This document shows, one piece after another, positions 36,984 through 40,591 of a stretch of 40,591 nt of DNA. A model generated the notes under the pieces. The model was not told where the DNA came from, did not search any database, and worked only from the letters and a program-made list of their open reading frames with translations. The DNA comes from Cyanobium sp. GTDB taxonomy: Bacteria > Cyanobacteriota > Cyanobacteriia > PCC-6307 > Cyanobiaceae. Both the position numbers and the translations under genes were made by a program. Within the stretch, counting starts at the first letter, position 1. Each line of letters begins with the position of its first letter. The stretch is taken from positions 1-40,591 of the forward strand of contig JBIIJS010000001.1 of assembly GCA_044233605.1 (NCBI GenBank), written 5' to 3'.

Positions 36984-37405
36984 GCCCGAATCACCGCCGC
37001 GGCAGTCATCACCTCGATCTGCCGAGGCCCCAGGGAGGAGCTGGACCGGCCGGTCCGATCGTGCGTCGCTCCCGCGGCCGCCGCCGTCTGCGCTGGCGTC
37101 GCCTGCGTCAGGGGGGGATGGGGCTGCTGCTCGCTGCCCTGGGAGCGGGCATTCTGGCTGCCCTGGTGCGCATTCCCGAGCGCCTCGACACGCTGCTGCT
37201 GGTGAGCAACGCGGTGGCCAATGTGATCGGTGGCCTGAGCCGCCTCGGCCTCGGTCTGCTGCAGCTGGCCGGGGTGCTGGTGGTGGTGGTGCTGGCCCTT
37301 TTCGCCCTGATGCTGCTGGCGGGTGGAGTGGTGCGCCTCTGGAAGGCCATGGTGACGGTGCAGGGCGGTCCAGGCCCTGCCGTTTCGCCGCCGCCCCGGC
37401 TCTGA
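36980..37405 (+). CDS. Hypothetical membrane protein
   Basis: ATGA overlap with the previous gene; Arg-rich N-terminus followed by hydrophobic helices (IPERLDTLLLVSNAVANVIGG). Confidence 0.7.
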   Translation: MSPNHRRGSHHLDLPRPQGGAGPAGPIVRRSRGRRRLRWRRLRQGGMGLLLAALGAGILAALVRIPERLDTLLLVSNAVANVIGGLSRLGLGLLQLAGVLVVVVLALFALMLLAGGVVRLWKAMVTVQGGPGPAVSPPPRL

Positions 37406-37431
37406 GTTCCGTCGCAGCCCGCTTTCGGTGT

Positions 37432-37545
37432 TCAGCCGTGCAACCGGGCTGCCCATAGGCCGGCCAGCTGCCAGGACGACCACAGGAATGCGGCCAGGAT
37501 CAGCCAGTTGAGCCAGGAGGGTCGCTGCTTGCCGGGGCTGTTCAT
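37432..37545 (-). CDS. Small Trp-rich membrane peptide (37 aa)
   Basis: MNSPGKQRPSWLNWLILAAFLWSSWQLAGLWAARLHG; GGAG upstream on the minus strand; fills the gap between plus-strand genes. Confidence 0.6.
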   Translation of the reverse strand: MNSPGKQRPSWLNWLILAAFLWSSWQLAGLWAARLHG

Positions 37546-37611
37546 CGTGGCGCTCCTGCGGGGGCCGACGGGACGATGGTGGCACTGGAAGGGGGTACGT
37601 TCCAACTCCCC

Positions 37612-38076
37612 ATGGCATCCCCGGCCCTTGTCAGCTTTCTTGGCTTTCCAGGTTGGCAGGCGTTGCATCTGCAGCTGCCGGCTGCGGCCGATCCACCCGG
37701 CATGGCGCAACGGTTGCTGCGGGCTCAGCTTTCGGTCGATCCCCATGCCTGCACGGCGGCCCTGCTGGCCACGTTCCTGAGGCAGCAGGGGGATGCCCTG
37801 CCCCTGGCCCGTCCCTGGGGTGCGCTGCCGGCGGGTGGACACCGGCTCAGCCATCGCTACCGGATCGTCTGCCGCGGCGAGCGCCGGCCACCGCAGGTGA
37901 TGGCCTGGTGCTGGCAGGGCAGTGCCAGCGGTTGGCAGCCCTGCGGCAGGCCGGAGAGCCTGCCGCGCTTTCTGGCGCGCTTCGCCGACCCGCTGCAGGG
38001 GCAGCACGACCCGGGGCGATCCAGGCATGACGCAGAGCTGGACTCAGGTGGTGGTCTGAGGAGGTGGCCCTGCTGA
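37612..38076 (+). CDS. Hypothetical protein
   Basis: Most plausible frame in the gap (HRYRIVCR...QVMAWCWQG...GWQPCG); no family recognised. Confidence 0.5.
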   Translation: MASPALVSFLGFPGWQALHLQLPAAADPPGMAQRLLRAQLSVDPHACTAALLATFLRQQGDALPLARPWGALPAGGHRLSHRYRIVCRGERRPPQVMAWCWQGSASGWQPCGRPESLPRFLARFADPLQGQHDPGRSRHDAELDSGGGLRRWPC

Positions 38077-38143
38077 TCGACATTCTCGAGGCGGCCCTGC
38101 CGGCCGAGACGATCAGCGGCTCCGGCCGCTCTGAGGCCTTGTC

Positions 38144-38689
38144 TCAGGGCTCTTCGTTCCGATCCGGTTCGCGCTGCAGCAGCAGCCAGGGGCGTTCGAT
38201 GCCGCCGGGCACACTCCACACACCCACGGCCCGGGAGCGGGCCGTCCCCTCCACCGCCCGGTAGCTGAGGTTGACGCAGCCGCCGCTGGTGGCGCCGTAG
38301 TGAAACACCGCTCCGCTCTCGAGCAGCGGAATCGCCACGTCGCGGCCGTTGCGACGGACCAGGGCCACCTCGCGGTTGAAGTCGTCGATGCCTCGCAATT
38401 CCAGACTCACCTCACTGCCGGCCGGTAGCGCCTGGCGCAGCTGCCTCTGGGCCTGGCCCGCCCAGGGAACCTGGCCGGGGCGGGGGGCTTGCACACAGGC
38501 CAGCCGCACGCGCCGTGGCAGCTCGCTGCCGGCCATCTGCACCCGCAGCTCCTGGCCGTTGCGCACCGAGAGCACCGTGGCCGACCGCACCCGAACCAGT
38601 CCTGTGGGCAGGGCCGGCAGGGGTGGCGGTGTCTGGGCCAGCATGCTGCTGATCAGCCAGCTCAGGGCACCGGGCAGGGCGACGGGCAC
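38144..38689 (-). CDS. Thermonuclease/SNase-like protein (start GTG 38689 or ATG 38644)
   Basis: TVLSVRNGQEL, VRLACVQAP, DDFNREVALV, LLESGAV, ARSRAVGVW, RPW follow the SNase motif order. Confidence 0.8.
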   Translation of the reverse strand: MPVALPGALSWLISSMLAQTPPPLPALPTGLVRVRSATVLSVRNGQELRVQMAGSELPRRVRLACVQAPRPGQVPWAGQAQRQLRQALPAGSEVSLELRGIDDFNREVALVRRNGRDVAIPLLESGAVFHYGATSGGCVNLSYRAVEGTARSRAVGVWSVPGGIERPWLLLQREPDRNEEP

Positions 38690-38726
38690 GCTGGGGGCAC
38701 AACGGCAGACTCTAGGGAATGCGGAT

Positions 38727-40334
38727 GTGTCCACCCCCGTGCCGATCGATCCCACAGGGAAGGATGTCGCCTCTGTGCCTGGTGGGCTGCTGATCAAAGC
38801 CCTGCTGCGGCCTGAGGCCCATGAGCCGCCCGAGCCGGCGGTGCAGCTGCTCGAAACCCATATCTCCTGGATCCTGCTCGCCGGTGAGCGGGCCTACAAG
38901 ATCAAGAAGCCGGTCAACCTCGGCTTTGTCGACTTCAGCACCCCGGAGCTGCGGGCCCGCTGCTGCGCCGAGGAACTGCGCCTCAATCGCCGCCTGGCCC
39001 CCGATCTCTACCTCGCTGTGGTGCCGGTGCACGGCCCGCCCGCCGAGGCCCGATTCCATGGTGACGGGCCGGTGATCGAGATGGCCCTGATGATGCGCCG
39101 CTTTCCCCAGTCGGCGCTGCTGCCCGCCGCCCTGGCCCGTGCTGCGGTGCCGGCCGAGGCCTTTATCGCCCTGGCAGCGCGGCTGGCTGCCTTCCACGCC
39201 CGCGCCGCCGTGGCAGGCCCGGCCGATCCCTGGGGTGAGCCCGAGGCGGTGTGCCGCCCGGCCCTCGCCAACCTTCAGGTGCTCGAGGCGGCGCAGCTGC
39301 CGACCGCGGTACTGGATCGGCCGCGGTTGGCACGTCTGCAGTGCTGGACGCAGGCCGAGGCGCAGAGGCTCGCGCCGCTCTTCCGGCAGCGCAAGGCCGC
39401 CGGCCGCGTGCGGGAGGGGCACGGTGATCTCCATCTGGGCAACCTGGCCCTGCTGAACGGACGGATCGAGGTGTTCGACTGCCTCGAGTTCAGCCCCGAG
39501 CTCCGCTGGATCGATGTGATCAGCGACCTGGCCTTCCTGGCGATGGATCTGGAGCAGCGGCGGCTGCAGGAGCCGGCCCAGCAGCTGCTGGGCCACTGGC
39601 TCGAGGCCAGCGGTGACTATGACGGCCTGGTGCTCTGGCCCTGGTACTGCGTCTACCGGGCCCTCGTGCGCGCCAAGGTCACGGCCCTGCGGCTCGCGCA
39701 GGCCGCTCTGCCCGCCACCGAGGCGGAAGATCTGCGACGCTCCCTCGGTGCCTACCTGCACTGGGCCGACTCGCGCACCCGAAGGCGAGCGGGTGCCCTG
39801 GTGATCACCCACGGCGTCTCGGGCAGCGGCAAGAGTCACTGGGCCCGGCGCCTGGCCCAGCGGCCCGGCTGGCTGCAGCTGCGCTCCGATGTGGAGCGCA
39901 AGCGGCGCTTCGGGCTCTGGGGCGAACCGCAGGATGACCTCCCGCCACCGGATGCGGCGCTGCTGTACAGCCCGCAGGTGAGCAACTGGCTGTATCGCGA
40001 GCGGCTGCTTGCCTGCAGCGAAGCCGCCCTGGCAGCCGGGTTCAGTGTCGTCGTCGACGCCACGTTTCTGCGCCGGGCCGATCGGCAGCTCTATCGCGCC
40101 CTGGCCGGGAGGCTGGACGTGCGCTTCGCGGTGCTCGCCTGCGCCTGCGATGAGCCTCAGGCCAGGCTGCGGCTGGAAAGCCGGCGCCGGCAGGGCCAGG
40201 ATCCATCCGATGCCGATGACGACGTGCTGACTCGCCAGCTCGCAGAAATCGAGCCCATCGACGCCGAGGAACGGCAGACGATGGGCCCGGTGGTGGAGGC
40301 TTCAGAGGAGGGGCTGAACGAGTTGGCGGATTAG
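38727..40334 (+). CDS. Bifunctional aminoglycoside-phosphotransferase-like / P-loop (AAA_33) protein
   Basis: ETHISW, YKIKKPV, GHGDLHLGN, FDCLEF; C-terminal GVSGSGKS, LRSDVERKR, VVDATF, SDAD. Confidence 0.9.
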   Translation: MSTPVPIDPTGKDVASVPGGLLIKALLRPEAHEPPEPAVQLLETHISWILLAGERAYKIKKPVNLGFVDFSTPELRARCCAEELRLNRRLAPDLYLAVVPVHGPPAEARFHGDGPVIEMALMMRRFPQSALLPAALARAAVPAEAFIALAARLAAFHARAAVAGPADPWGEPEAVCRPALANLQVLEAAQLPTAVLDRPRLARLQCWTQAEAQRLAPLFRQRKAAGRVREGHGDLHLGNLALLNGRIEVFDCLEFSPELRWIDVISDLAFLAMDLEQRRLQEPAQQLLGHWLEASGDYDGLVLWPWYCVYRALVRAKVTALRLAQAALPATEAEDLRRSLGAYLHWADSRTRRRAGALVITHGVSGSGKSHWARRLAQRPGWLQLRSDVERKRRFGLWGEPQDDLPPPDAALLYSPQVSNWLYRERLLACSEAALAAGFSVVVDATFLRRADRQLYRALAGRLDVRFAVLACACDEPQARLRLESRRRQGQDPSDADDDVLTRQLAEIEPIDAEERQTMGPVVEASEEGLNELAD

Positions 40335-40591
40335 AACCACTCGGGTACCGCTTCCTCGAGGCTGTTGACGTTGGCTTCCGGCGTGGTGCGGCGGAACTCG
40401 AGGGTGATGTTGCGGCGCTGCTCGCCGTCGGCGGCGACGGCCTCGATGGGATAGAGCTGCTGGCCGTCGCGGAAAGGCACCTGAATGCGGAAGGTGCCTT
40501 CGGCGGAGAGGGGCACCTCCTCACCGCCGATGGTGAGGCGTGCGGAGGGATCGGTGGCGCCGTAGACGATCAGCTCGGCATCGGCGACGAG
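40331..40591 (-). CDS. DUF4912-family protein, C-terminal part (5' end outside the window)
   Basis: LVADAELIVYGATDPSARLTIGGEEVPLSAEGTFRIQVPFRDGQQLYPIEAVAADGEQ...EWF. Confidence 0.85.
   Translation of the reverse strand, partial: LVADAELIVYGATDPSARLTIGGEEVPLSAEGTFRIQVPFRDGQQLYPIEAVAADGEQRRNITLEFRRTTPEANVNSLEEAVPEWF

Noticed and set aside
38064-38264. 66-aa ORF (MALLIDILEAALPAET...) or a frameshifted continuation of the 37612 gene
   Set aside because: More than half overlaps the SNase-like gene on the opposite strand; no family support or slippery site seen

Overview
High-GC picocyanobacterial (Cyanobium/Synechococcus-like) chromosomal segment, mostly conserved core genes: cbiX, GMC oxidoreductase, initiator tRNA-fMet, the DUF3318-rsfS-CGLD27-asparaginase operon, carB, an alanine symporter, an ABC exporter, tpiA, folP, chlH, dapB, an hli gene, ubiH, apt and several cyanobacterial DUF genes. 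I saw no IS element, integrase, prophage or CRISPR array. Accessory-looking parts are the left end (truncated AraC regulator, glycine-zipper protein, Nif11-like protein plus a 39-aa membrane peptide, USP), a polyamine uptake/oxidation block between folP and chlH (flavin amine oxidase divergent from potA-D-B-C, plus mscS) and a cluster of small unknown ORFs near 36.7-38.7 kb. The most unusual unexplained structure is at 5.78-6.71 kb: 11-bp-phased repeats, a perfect palindrome and a cluster of DnaA-box-like nonamers precede a possibly ribbon-helix-helix DUF2811 gene, followed by a convergent candidate ~70-nt sRNA, with a ParB-like gene nearby. Several features are missing from the ORF track: the AraC gene, the 39-aa peptide and a 42-aa antiporter-like fragment upstream of chlH. 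Family assignments come from motif recognition and memory, not from database searches, and many start codons are best guesses.
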